A stretch of 64,000 nucleotides of DNA from Bacteroidales bacterium (lineage in GTDB: Bacteria; Bacteroidota; Bacteroidia; Bacteroidales; UBA12077), in assembly GCA_036351015.1 (NCBI GenBank), contig JAZBOG010000020.1:1305-65304 (forward strand), read 5' to 3'. Position numbers and translations under genes: made by a program. Below, one piece after another: positions 8,289-17,668 of this stretch (position 1 is the stretch's first letter; every line of letters starts with the position of its first letter). The notes beneath the pieces are model-generated. The model searched no databases. It worked only from the letters and a program-made list of their open reading frames with translations, and was not told the DNA's origin.

Positions 8289-10892
8289 ATGAAGAAATTA
8301 AACACGTTTCAGCATTTATTTTGGGTTCTGGTTTGTTTTTCTCTATTGTTCATTTCCTGCGATAAAACCCCTCCAAGGTATATTGAACCTGGTGTTAGCT
8401 TTGATTTAGCCCGGTTAAGAAATGATCAACTCAAGAATATAAAATATGAGCTAACCTTTTTAGTCCCGGATTCATTAAACCAACCTATTACAGGCAGGGT
8501 AACCCTCCAGTTTGATTTTAATAAAAGTACTGATCTCCCCTTAATCCTGGATTTCAGAAACGAACCTGCTCAGATCCAATCGGTAAAAAAAGAGAATAAA
8601 AAAATAAGCTATCGTTTCCGTAATGAACATATCATTATTCCGGAAAGGTACCTTGAAAGTGGAGTTAATCAGATCGAGATTGAATTTATTGCAGGCGAAA
8701 GAGCATTAAACCGTAATGATGAATATTTATACACGTTATTTGTACCCGACAGGGCCTGTACTGCATTTCCCTGTTTCGACCAGCCGTCGTTAAAAGCCAT
8801 TTTTAAACCCACCATAACTGTACCCCGGGAATGGAAAGTGGTTGCAAACTCCCCCCTGCTTAACATAAAGGTTAAGGAGAGTAATCAATCCTACTTTTTT
8901 ACTGAAACAGAACCAATCAGCACATACCTTTTTGCATTTGTTGCAGGACAGTTCAATACCATTACCAAGAAAGAGGGAAAACGTGAAATTACCTTATACC
9001 ATCGGGAAAACGATTCAGAAAAGATAAATCGAAATATTGACCAGATCTTCGAACTAAAATTTGAATCCTTAGCCTGGCTGGAGGAATATACCCAAATCGG
9101 CTATCCTTTTCAAAAACTTGATTTTATTGCCATCCCTTCTTTTCAATATTCCGGAATGGAACATCCGGGTGCAGTATTATATCGCGACACCAAGCTCTTT
9201 CTGGACGAATCGGCCTCCATTCGTGATGAACTAAGCCGTGCAAATTTAATTGCTCACGAAACAGCACATATGTGGTTTGGCGACCTAGTTACAATGGAAT
9301 GGTTTAGTGAAGTTTGGCTAAAAGAAGTGTTTGCCAACTTTATGGCCGATAAAATTGTAAATCCTCACTTTCCTGCAATCAATCATAACCTCAACTTTCT
9401 GATCAATCATTATCCATCTACATACGCGATTGATCGAACCAAAGGGGCTAACCCCATAAGCCAGAAACTGGATAACATGAAAAATGCCGGAACAATATAT
9501 GGCCCTATCATTTATCATAAAGCACCGATTATGATGTGGCACCTTGAGGATATCATTGGCCGGGAGATGTTAAAATCTGCAGTACGTCAATACCTTAACA
9601 ATTACCAATATCAAAATGCTACCTGGGATAACCTGGTGCAAATCATCGACCAGGAATCAACCATAAATATTAAGGAATGGAGCAATGTTTGGGTTTATCA
9701 GTCAGGTATGCCTCATTATATCACACAAAAAGCGTTTAACCCTGATCAAGAATTGCAGAATATAATTCTTGAACAACAAGATCCACAAGGAAAAGGACGA
9801 CAATGGGTTCAAAATCTAAAAACTGTAGTCGTCAGCGACCATCATACCAATTATTATTCGATTCAGACCAAAGACACTTTTAATATTGTAAATTTAAAAA
9901 AGCCCATAGCCAGGAACGATTATATTTATACCAATGCTTCAGGATATGGTTATGGTTACTTTAAGCCGGACCAGGAATCTATACGCTTTTTCCTCAATAA
10001 GATAACCTCCATTACCGACGAAGTATTGCGATGTACGTTATATATGAGTTTGTGGGAAAATATGCTTTTTGAACAAATCGCCCCCAAAGAACTACTGCAG
10101 TGTTATCTTAAGGCCTTACCTGCAGAAAATAACCCACAAAACATTAATCTGTTGCTTGACTATGTTGAGACCATATTCTGGAAATTTCTAACTCCTGAGG
10201 ATCAACAAAACACAGGCTCCATCCTGGAAAAAATTCTATGGGATGAACTGGAGAAAGCCAGGTTTGAAAAAACACAATTAAATATTTTCAAAACCTACAC
10301 AGGTATTGCCTTAAACAATACGGCAATAGAAAATCTTCTGGCCGTGTTTCGCCAGGAAAAGAAACTGAATAAGCTCCATCTTTCTACCCGCGACTATACA
10401 GACTTAGCTTTTGAATTATCTCTTCGGGGGATTGCCCATGCAGAAGAAATTCTTGACACCCAGTACCAACGAATAGACAACAAAGAAAGAAAAGCAAGAT
10501 TTAACTTCATTCGTCAGGCTCTTTCACAGGATGAAAAACTACGCGACCAGTTTTTTTATTCCTTGCTGGATGAAAAAAACAGAGAGAAAGAACCCTGGGT
10601 AGTGAGTGCCGTCTACTATTTAAATCATCCCCTCCGGAGTCAGTCAGCAATTAAATACATCCGGCCTTCCCTCGAGGAATTAGAAGAGTTGCAAATCACC
10701 GGAGATATCTTTTTTCCTGCACAATGGCTTAATGCAACCTTTTCCGGTCATTCCTCAATTAAAGCGGTTATCGAAATCAATCTCTTTTTAAACGAAAACC
10801 CGGATTACCCGGAAAATCTTAAAAATAAAATCCTGCAATCCACGGATATGGTATTTCGTGCAAACAAAATAAAAAATAAAACCGGATTTTAG
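8289..10892 (+). CDS. M1-family zinc aminopeptidase (aminopeptidase N-like), secreted or lipoprotein
   Basis: 867 aa. HEXXH-18-E zinc site (HETAHMWFGD...WLKEVFANF), exopeptidase motif variant SGMEHP, and a signal/lipobox-like N-terminus (LLFISCDK). Confidence 0.85.
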   Translation: MKKLNTFQHLFWVLVCFSLLFISCDKTPPRYIEPGVSFDLARLRNDQLKNIKYELTFLVPDSLNQPITGRVTLQFDFNKSTDLPLILDFRNEPAQIQSVKKENKKISYRFRNEHIIIPERYLESGVNQIEIEFIAGERALNRNDEYLYTLFVPDRACTAFPCFDQPSLKAIFKPTITVPREWKVVANSPLLNIKVKESNQSYFFTETEPISTYLFAFVAGQFNTITKKEGKREITLYHRENDSEKINRNIDQIFELKFESLAWLEEYTQIGYPFQKLDFIAIPSFQYSGMEHPGAVLYRDTKLFLDESASIRDELSRANLIAHETAHMWFGDLVTMEWFSEVWLKEVFANFMADKIVNPHFPAINHNLNFLINHYPSTYAIDRTKGANPISQKLDNMKNAGTIYGPIIYHKAPIMMWHLEDIIGREMLKSAVRQYLNNYQYQNATWDNLVQIIDQESTINIKEWSNVWVYQSGMPHYITQKAFNPDQELQNIILEQQDPQGKGRQWVQNLKTVVVSDHHTNYYSIQTKDTFNIVNLKKPIARNDYIYTNASGYGYGYFKPDQESIRFFLNKITSITDEVLRCTLYMSLWENMLFEQIAPKELLQCYLKALPAENNPQNINLLLDYVETIFWKFLTPEDQQNTGSILEKILWDELEKARFEKTQLNIFKTYTGIALNNTAIENLLAVFRQEKKLNKLHLSTRDYTDLAFELSLRGIAHAEEILDTQYQRIDNKERKARFNFIRQALSQDEKLRDQFFYSLLDEKNREKEPWVVSAVYYLNHPLRSQSAIKYIRPSLEELEELQITGDIFFPAQWLNATFSGHSSIKAVIEINLFLNENPDYPENLKNKILQSTDMVFRANKIKNKTGF

Positions 10893-11167
10893 TGGGTCAG
10901 GCTATTAATGCGTTCAATTAATTCAATATTTAAATCGTATAATTCATCCGTTATCCGATGATAGTATTGTTTCAAATTCTTTTCCTCAGCAGGAGGATTA
11001 TTGACCTTATAAAGCAAGTTACGCCGGATAATTTCTGCATCATGCAAAATCTCCAATAAATTTTCATGATTCTCAACCGGAGAATACTCCATAAAAGAAA
11101 AACACTCGTTAATTACTTGTTTGGAAAGAAAGTTGATATCTTTTTTAATATCTCTGCAATTAGCCAT
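10889..11167 (-). CDS. Hypothetical protein (92 aa)
   Basis: Only ORF in this interval. Its stop codon overlaps the convergent aminopeptidase stop. No recognisable motif. Confidence 0.4.
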   Translation of the reverse strand: MANCRDIKKDINFLSKQVINECFSFMEYSPVENHENLLEILHDAEIIRRNLLYKVNNPPAEEKNLKQYYHRITDELYDLNIELIERINSLTH

Positions 11168-11259
11168 AAATCAGAATAAAAATATAAATCAGTGAACAGA
11201 TCAAATTTACAGTAAGATATAGGGAAAAATCTAGAAAAACAAAAATCCTGTTTTAATTT

Positions 11260-13257
11260 TTACCAATATTTTACTTCATAAGTTTGTTCCTGAGCATGCT
11301 GAGGTTCAATTTTTGAGATGTTATAATTCTCGCGGTATTCAATCAAACTAACATCGATATTTTCAAATCCGGAATCCTTATACCATCTTACAAAATGATA
11401 ATCAGCCTGCAGTAAATCCTGCTGATGATAATAGATACAATCTTCAAGGTTATTTCCGTATTTCAACAATGCCGATAAAAAGTACATCCCGATATCGAAA
11501 CCGTGGATTGCATATTGCTGGGGTTCTGTATTATAGGTTTCCCGATATTCTAGAATAAAATCTTTCACGTTATCCTTTTGATAATCTACAAAATAAGGAG
11601 TGCTAATACATAAATTCAGGTTAAAGTAATATTCTGTATCAATATTTCTAAACCTTTGCCAGCGGGATAATCCGCACACCTTTACAGGATAATTAAAAGC
11701 AGCTAAAGTATTTAAATTAGTAACCACGCTGGTAACAAAAGCTTCCTCATTGGACGGAACGACAAATACATTATCGACTTCCTTACTTGCAGCATGCTCC
11801 AATACGTTAATGCTGTCCTTAAAAACAACTTCTTTAAATTGAATACTCCCCAAAACAGAATCGGAGAAGTGGGCAAACAGCTTATCCTTAACCATTTGAA
11901 TATTATCATAATGTAAGCTATCCCCATTATGAACCAATACGAGGTTTTTATCCTTAAACCGGGTGATATATTCAACGTATTCATCAATTTGTGCAGCATA
12001 GGATGGTGTTACCTGAAAAAGAAAGGGATTTTCATCCACCAGTTGAAGATTATCCCATAAAGGAGATACCATTTTTATCTGGTGTTCTTTCGAAAACTCG
12101 GAGACCAGCTTTAATTCTTGATTATAAATCGGCCCAATCAACAGATCCATATTTTCCATCATCGGATAATTCAGTATTTCTTTAACCCGGGCCGTATCAT
12201 TTGCGGTATCATAAACATATAGATTAAGGTTTAAACCTGACTCTTTTAAACGATCAACCGCCAAAAGGAAACCTTCATAAAACTCAACAAAGTTTAACGA
12301 GCGAGGGTAGATATAATAAGGATCATAATACACCCGCTCATAAATTTTTTCACCCAGGTCATCTACTTCGCTTGAATCGATATAAAACTCCTCATCATTT
12401 TTATCAAGATAGAAGGGCAGTAATACAGCTACGTTAAAGGTTTGTCCTGTTTTTTGCGGAAAACTGTCGCAAGGAAATAACTCTGCCGAGTCGGAATATG
12501 CTATGGCAGTTCTTTCTTTATATAAAACGGAAGTATCTTTTCCCTCTTCGTCTGGCTGAAACAACAAACTAACAGGTTCGAACGTTTGTTTTTTAGGGAT
12601 TTTAATGGTTTGTCCTGCTTTCAATCCATCGGTTAAAAAGGGATTATGCTTAATCAAATCATCATACGATAGATCGAAGGTACGGGTTAATGAATAGATC
12701 GTTTCTTTTTTGGCAACGGTATGGTAAATAAAATCATCTTCAACAGGAACCGTATCCTTTACCTGATCATCTGTTTTGGGATACTGCTGGATCAGCTCAA
12801 CTACGCTTTTCGATTTAGGAATTTTTAATACTTCGCCCACATTAATTCCATACCGGGCATCAGGATTGCATATAATCAGGTCATCCAGTGAAACATCATA
12901 TTTTTTTGATAAAGAGTACAAGGTTTGCCCTTTTTTAACCTGATGATAAATAAACTGATCTTGGTCATCGCCTGCTGCAGCAGTCTGTTCATCAACAACA
13001 GGGATTTTTAAAGCTTGTCCGACCTGCAGCCCCAGAAAAATTTCAGGATTCTCTTTGGCGATCTCCTTTTGTGAAACATTATATAGCTTACTTAATGAAT
13101 ATAAAGTTTCTCCTTTTTTAACAATATGCACATAATAGATTTTTCCACCGATCATCACCTTATCTTCTGCTTTACGGAGCGTTAGGGTATCCTCCTGGGC
13201 TCCTGCAAAATTTTGAAAGATGATAACTATTAACAGAACAAACCAAACTCTTCTCAC
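11260..13257 (-). CDS. LysM-repeat protein fused to a type-1 periplasmic-binding-protein-like domain
   Basis: 665 aa with a signal peptide. Three LysM-like repeats (YVHIVKKGETLYSLSKLYNVS..., YHQVKKGQTLYSLSKKYDVS..., YHTVAKKETIYSLTRTFDLS...) followed by a ~400-aa PBP1-like region. Confidence 0.7.
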   Translation of the reverse strand: MRRVWFVLLIVIIFQNFAGAQEDTLTLRKAEDKVMIGGKIYYVHIVKKGETLYSLSKLYNVSQKEIAKENPEIFLGLQVGQALKIPVVDEQTAAAGDDQDQFIYHQVKKGQTLYSLSKKYDVSLDDLIICNPDARYGINVGEVLKIPKSKSVVELIQQYPKTDDQVKDTVPVEDDFIYHTVAKKETIYSLTRTFDLSYDDLIKHNPFLTDGLKAGQTIKIPKKQTFEPVSLLFQPDEEGKDTSVLYKERTAIAYSDSAELFPCDSFPQKTGQTFNVAVLLPFYLDKNDEEFYIDSSEVDDLGEKIYERVYYDPYYIYPRSLNFVEFYEGFLLAVDRLKESGLNLNLYVYDTANDTARVKEILNYPMMENMDLLIGPIYNQELKLVSEFSKEHQIKMVSPLWDNLQLVDENPFLFQVTPSYAAQIDEYVEYITRFKDKNLVLVHNGDSLHYDNIQMVKDKLFAHFSDSVLGSIQFKEVVFKDSINVLEHAASKEVDNVFVVPSNEEAFVTSVVTNLNTLAAFNYPVKVCGLSRWQRFRNIDTEYYFNLNLCISTPYFVDYQKDNVKDFILEYRETYNTEPQQYAIHGFDIGMYFLSALLKYGNNLEDCIYYHQQDLLQADYHFVRWYKDSGFENIDVSLIEYRENYNISKIEPQHAQEQTYEVKYW

Positions 13258-13364
13258 GGGTTATAATTTTATAGTTACGTATTTAAAACCTGTTTATTGG
13301 ATTAAAATTGTTTAAAGATACATTAATTATCCACAAATAATCACGCAAAATTACCATGAACGGG

Positions 13365-13402
13365 TGAAATAAAAAAATAAGCACAACAGAATTGTTATGC
13401 TT
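13365..13402 (-). terminator. Rho-independent terminator after the erythrin gene
   Basis: Minus strand reads AAGCATAACA-attc-TGTTGTGCTT (10-bp stem, one mismatch) followed by a T-run. Confidence 0.5.
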
Positions 13403-13424
13403 ATAATCAATTTATTTGCAGCCG

Positions 13425-13880
13425 CTAATTTTCTCTTAACACAAACTCGTCATATTCAATCTCAAACCTTAATTTATGTTTCGACTCTTCTTCGGCCAGG
13501 GAAAGGAAAACATCCTTCATTTCATCATTAACAGCCCTTTTGCTCAGTTCAAGATATAATTTATAGGCTGCTTTCTCCTTTTTCATGGCTAAAACCAGTG
13601 CCTCACTATAAGTCATGTCGGCTGCCGGTTTAACACTTACCATGTAATCGCTGATCTTAAGGTCTTTAATTTGATGGGATTCAGCCTGATAAGCACCCTC
13701 TGCCTTAATTTTAGTCAACCGGGCTTTATGCCCAATTTCTTCCTGTGCAAACTGGACAAAAACATTACGCATATCCTCTGTTTTTGCTATTTCTGCCAGG
13801 TCGTTATAAAAATCAACGGCTTCCTGTTCCGATTTTATGGCAAAATCAAAAATATCATCTATGGTTTTAAATTCTTTCAT
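13425..13880 (-). CDS. Rubrerythrin-like diiron four-helix-bundle protein lacking a rubredoxin domain (erythrin)
   Basis: 151 aa with two EExxH diiron motifs (QEEIGH, EEESKH) in a duplicated helix-pair layout. Lies 18 nt downstream of the 1234-aa oxidoreductase. Confidence 0.7.
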   Translation of the reverse strand: MKEFKTIDDIFDFAIKSEQEAVDFYNDLAEIAKTEDMRNVFVQFAQEEIGHKARLTKIKAEGAYQAESHQIKDLKISDYMVSVKPAADMTYSEALVLAMKKEKAAYKLYLELSKRAVNDEMKDVFLSLAEEESKHKLRFEIEYDEFVLREN

Positions 13881-13898
13881 AACACTGCTGTTTAATAG

Positions 13899-16800
13899 TT
13901 AAAAAGCTTGATCAAAATCTTGGTCAAATTTCTTGACCAGATAATCACATCCGTATTTAAAAAGTTTATTCATATTATCTTTTATTGTATAGCTAAAACT
14001 ATATTTCTCGGATTGATTGGTTGAGGGTAATAGTTCAAAAATTTCCTTCCGGATATCATCGATGGTTTTATCTATTTCTCCACCGGTAAATTTAGCCATT
14101 AAATGGATCAACTGAACATAATTTTCTTGTTCCACCTTCCCTTTAAATTGTTTTTCGAATTGCTGAATATGTTTTTGTGTATTGGTAAAACTACCTGAGG
14201 TTTCAACAGGGAAAGTAGCCGGTAGAATTAAGTCAGCCTGTTTAGCTGTTTCGGTCATAAAATAATCCTGCACCATGATAAATTCGGCATCGGCAAACCA
14301 TTTCTGGATTTTAGCTTTGTCCCTGGCACAGCCTATCGGATCTTCACCGAAGATATAGAACTTTTTAATTAATCCCTCATCGAGTAAATCCTTGGTGCAT
14401 TTCTCGTGGATTTCAGGTAAACTCTTAATCTTCCAGTTTTTCGACAATTTCTTAGCAAATTTCTCATCTTTTAAATCTGTATAACCAACCCCGTTTTTGG
14501 AAGAAATTCCCATATCAAATAATCCCTGTGCATTATTTTTCTCCTTAAGAGAGATAAGTCCACTGGATGTTTTGCCTAGTTTGCCCGTGATCATGGCTAG
14601 GTTAAACAACTCTTTGCTAACATTAGCCGATATATATTTCTCTGAAAAAACAATAATTCCATTCATCTCCCGGTTATAATTCTCGGCAAATTCTTCCAGG
14701 TGTTCCTGGCAACATATACCCGAAGCAGATACTAATTTTTGATAGTCTTCGTTCAACAATTCTTTCTTATATTGTTCAAATCCTATACAACGGTCCTTGA
14801 TAAACAATGAATTTTGTAATCCCCTACTAACCAGGTAGTAATTAACAGCCTTGATAAAATGATAATAGGATTTAATTTTCATAATTTTATCAACCTTATG
14901 CTCCAAAGCACTTTCTTTTCTGTCGGTAATTAGTTCTACAGGTACTTTATCGGTCTCCCGGGTATTATTTACCATAAACCCAACAACAGCATTATCCCTG
15001 TTTATTTCAGAGCCAAGCAGGTATATTTTACCTGCCTTTTTCAGTTGATCGAAAGGAACATTTGCTTTAAAATTAGATTCATAGCCTCTACCCTGACCTA
15101 AATAATAGAAACTGGTTACATTGTTGGTTTTGGCATTCGCCCGAGCCAGCTTTTGAATCAAATACATCTCTTCATTACTTAATCTAGCGCCTGCAAAGAA
15201 TCCATTCTCATCAGCATCTGCCCCTTTAATTTCGTCGGCAATCACATCAAAAGCTTTTTCCCAGCTGATGGTCTCAAAATTATCATCTACCTTAAGCAAG
15301 GGCTGGGTAATTCTTTGCAAATCATTCATAGCAGTATATCCAAATTTAGGATAACGGCAGATATTACCATCTTTATTTACCAGACCTTCTTTCCCGGTAG
15401 CTTTCCAAACAAATTCCGATTTATGATGATACTTTACTTCACATCCTACCGAACAATAATTACAAAGGGTATTCACAGAATCCAGTTTTACAGGTCCGGG
15501 TTTAAAGGAAGTATTTTCTGTAATGGCTCCGGTTGGACAGGTAGAAATGCACAGTCCACAGGACTCACACCGTGTATCCACCAACGATCCTCCCATACTT
15601 GGCGCAACATAAGTATCAAACCCCCGATTAACGAGACCTAATGCATTTGCACCTACTACTTCGTCACATATTCTGACACAACGGGCACATAAAATACATT
15701 TATTGTTGTCAATTTCAATAAAAGGGTGTGAAAAGTCAATAGAATATTCCTGAAATTCACCACTAAACCGCTTTTGTTCAGCATGATATTGTGAACTATA
15801 CTTTTTCAGATCGCAGGTAAAAAACTCGTTACAACCACATTCCAAACAACGATTAGTTTCATGCTGGGCAACATTCTCGTCAGCATAGCCTAATTCCACT
15901 TCTTCGAAATTATTCCGTCTGTCGGCAGGTAAAACAGGCATCTCTTCACGCAACTGCTGTTGATATCTGCCTAAAAAATCATCTGGGGAAAGTTCTTTAA
16001 AATTATCTTTTCTGCTTATAAATTCTTCAGCTTCAGGCTCTATGGGCAACCCTGACAAATACTGATGGCAACTTCTACTGGCAATCTTAGCCTGAGCAAT
16101 AGCTTCAATGATAGTTGCAGGTCCGGTTACGCCATCACCGGCAGCAAAAACAGAGGCAATTCCGGTTTGCAGAGTCTGTTCATTTGCAGCAATATCTCCC
16201 CAACGGTTCACTTCCAGTTTGCCTTTGTCCGAAAATTTATTGATATCATCTAAAAAATTAACGGTTGTTTTTTGGCCTATCGCTGCCAGCACGTAGTCCA
16301 ATTCAATTTCAAACTCAGAGCCTTCAATGGGAATTGGCCTCCTGCGCCCAGAGGCATCGGGCTCGCCCAGCTCCATTTTAACACAGGTCATGGTTTTTAA
16401 TTTCCCGTTTTTATCTTTATTAATCTTTACCGGGTTGGTTAAAAACAAATATTCTACCCCTTCAACTTTTGATTCATGGATTTCAATGGGGTTCGCCGGC
16501 ATCTCTTTTTCGGTTCTACGGTAAATAATGTATACTTTTTCTGCGCCACAACGAACAGAAGTCCGGCAGCAGTCCATGGCGGTATTTCCACCCCCCACAA
16601 CAGCAACCGTTTTTCCCGAAAAATCATATTTCTGACCGGTCATTTCCATGTTCCGCAAAAAGTCGATTCCTGAAAACACATTTTCAGCGTCATCACCCTC
16701 ACATCCAATTAATGTTCCCCGTTGTGAACCTATGGTTAAAATTACGGAATCGTATTTCTTTTTAAGCTCCCGGTAGCTTAAATTATCCCCCAATTTTTTC

Positions 16801-17603
16801 TGATAAAAAATATTGACTCCCAGTTCAGTAACTGCTGCTACTTCCTGGTCCAGTATATCATTGGGAAGACGGTATTCAGGGATTCCATAGCGTAACCAAC
16901 CACCCGGATTCGGACTGGCTTCGTAAATATCACACTGATGTCCCTTTTGTTGCAGGAAGTAGGCTGATGATAATCCCCCGGGACCGGCTCCAATGATGGC
17001 TATTTTTTTACCGGTAGAGGTTTCAATATCCGGAACATACCGCGCTTCGGAAAGTAAATCCTTATCCGCGGCAAACCGCTTCAAATAATCAATACCAACG
17101 CCACTACCCTCATCCAGGAAGTTTCTTCGACAGGCCAGTTCACAGGGGCGAACGCACACACGCCCACAAATTGCCGGTAATGGATTGGTTTGTTTTATAA
17201 GTCCTATAGCTTCACTATATAAACCTTTTTCTATAAACGAAATATATCCCTGTACATCTACACCAGCCGGACAGGTTTGCTTACAAGGAGCTTCACAATC
17301 GGCATAGTGATTACTTACCAATAGATCTAATGCTGTTTTACGAGCTTTTTGAACCTTCTCATTTTCTGTTTCTATACGCATTCCCTCTTGTATCTTCGTA
17401 GAGCATGAAGGTTGCATTCCTTTCATCCCTTCCACTTCGACAACACAAACAAAACACGATGAAAAAGGCTGAAGCCTGGGATCATTACAAAGGGTTGGGA
17501 TTTTAATTTCATGTCGGTTGGCTAATTCGAGAATTGTTTCGCCGGGATTGCCTTTAACATTTTTCCCGTTTAGGATGATATTGAGTTGATTACTTTTTTT
17601 CAT
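13899..17603 (-). CDS. Multidomain Fe-S flavoprotein: NuoG/HydA-type [2Fe-2S] + inserted GltD/NfnB-like FAD/NAD(P)H module + NuoG-type Fe-S clusters + cofactor-less molybdopterin-oxidoreductase-like domain
   Basis: 1234 aa. C39/C50/C53/C67 form the 2Fe-2S site. CEAPCKQTCP and CGRVCVRPCELAC are the GltD N-terminal clusters. GAGPGG and VVGGGNTAMD are dinucleotide folds. HETNRCLECGCNEFFTCDLK is a His-Cys3 cluster like NuoG N5. CILCARCVRIC and CESCGLCISTCP are 2x[4Fe-4S]. CNYCSVGC is the molybdopterin-type 4Fe-4S. SNEEMYLIQKLAR and ADLILPATFPVETSGSFTN are molybdopterin-domain motifs. Confidence 0.85.
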   Translation of the reverse strand: MKKSNQLNIILNGKNVKGNPGETILELANRHEIKIPTLCNDPRLQPFSSCFVCVVEVEGMKGMQPSCSTKIQEGMRIETENEKVQKARKTALDLLVSNHYADCEAPCKQTCPAGVDVQGYISFIEKGLYSEAIGLIKQTNPLPAICGRVCVRPCELACRRNFLDEGSGVGIDYLKRFAADKDLLSEARYVPDIETSTGKKIAIIGAGPGGLSSAYFLQQKGHQCDIYEASPNPGGWLRYGIPEYRLPNDILDQEVAAVTELGVNIFYQKKLGDNLSYRELKKKYDSVILTIGSQRGTLIGCEGDDAENVFSGIDFLRNMEMTGQKYDFSGKTVAVVGGGNTAMDCCRTSVRCGAEKVYIIYRRTEKEMPANPIEIHESKVEGVEYLFLTNPVKINKDKNGKLKTMTCVKMELGEPDASGRRRPIPIEGSEFEIELDYVLAAIGQKTTVNFLDDINKFSDKGKLEVNRWGDIAANEQTLQTGIASVFAAGDGVTGPATIIEAIAQAKIASRSCHQYLSGLPIEPEAEEFISRKDNFKELSPDDFLGRYQQQLREEMPVLPADRRNNFEEVELGYADENVAQHETNRCLECGCNEFFTCDLKKYSSQYHAEQKRFSGEFQEYSIDFSHPFIEIDNNKCILCARCVRICDEVVGANALGLVNRGFDTYVAPSMGGSLVDTRCESCGLCISTCPTGAITENTSFKPGPVKLDSVNTLCNYCSVGCEVKYHHKSEFVWKATGKEGLVNKDGNICRYPKFGYTAMNDLQRITQPLLKVDDNFETISWEKAFDVIADEIKGADADENGFFAGARLSNEEMYLIQKLARANAKTNNVTSFYYLGQGRGYESNFKANVPFDQLKKAGKIYLLGSEINRDNAVVGFMVNNTRETDKVPVELITDRKESALEHKVDKIMKIKSYYHFIKAVNYYLVSRGLQNSLFIKDRCIGFEQYKKELLNEDYQKLVSASGICCQEHLEEFAENYNREMNGIIVFSEKYISANVSKELFNLAMITGKLGKTSSGLISLKEKNNAQGLFDMGISSKNGVGYTDLKDEKFAKKLSKNWKIKSLPEIHEKCTKDLLDEGLIKKFYIFGEDPIGCARDKAKIQKWFADAEFIMVQDYFMTETAKQADLILPATFPVETSGSFTNTQKHIQQFEKQFKGKVEQENYVQLIHLMAKFTGGEIDKTIDDIRKEIFELLPSTNQSEKYSFSYTIKDNMNKLFKYGCDYLVKKFDQDFDQAF

Positions 17604-17668
17604 TGGTCATTGGGTTAATAATTGATTATAACTTTTTACTGATTAACATCCATTTAAAAAGTCTGACT

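Noticed and set aside
10889-10892. Overlapping stop codons of convergent genes (TTTAG shared by the aminopeptidase TAG and the 92-aa ORF TAA)
   Set aside because: This is a real sequence feature but has no obvious functional implication beyond tight packing. The 92-aa ORF itself is only weakly supported.
13899-15464. Calling the 1234-aa protein a formate dehydrogenase alpha subunit
   Set aside because: The active-site Cys/Sec-His is replaced by SFYYLGQGRG and the C-terminal molybdopterin-capping domain is missing, so the domain resembles the cofactor-less NuoG relic.
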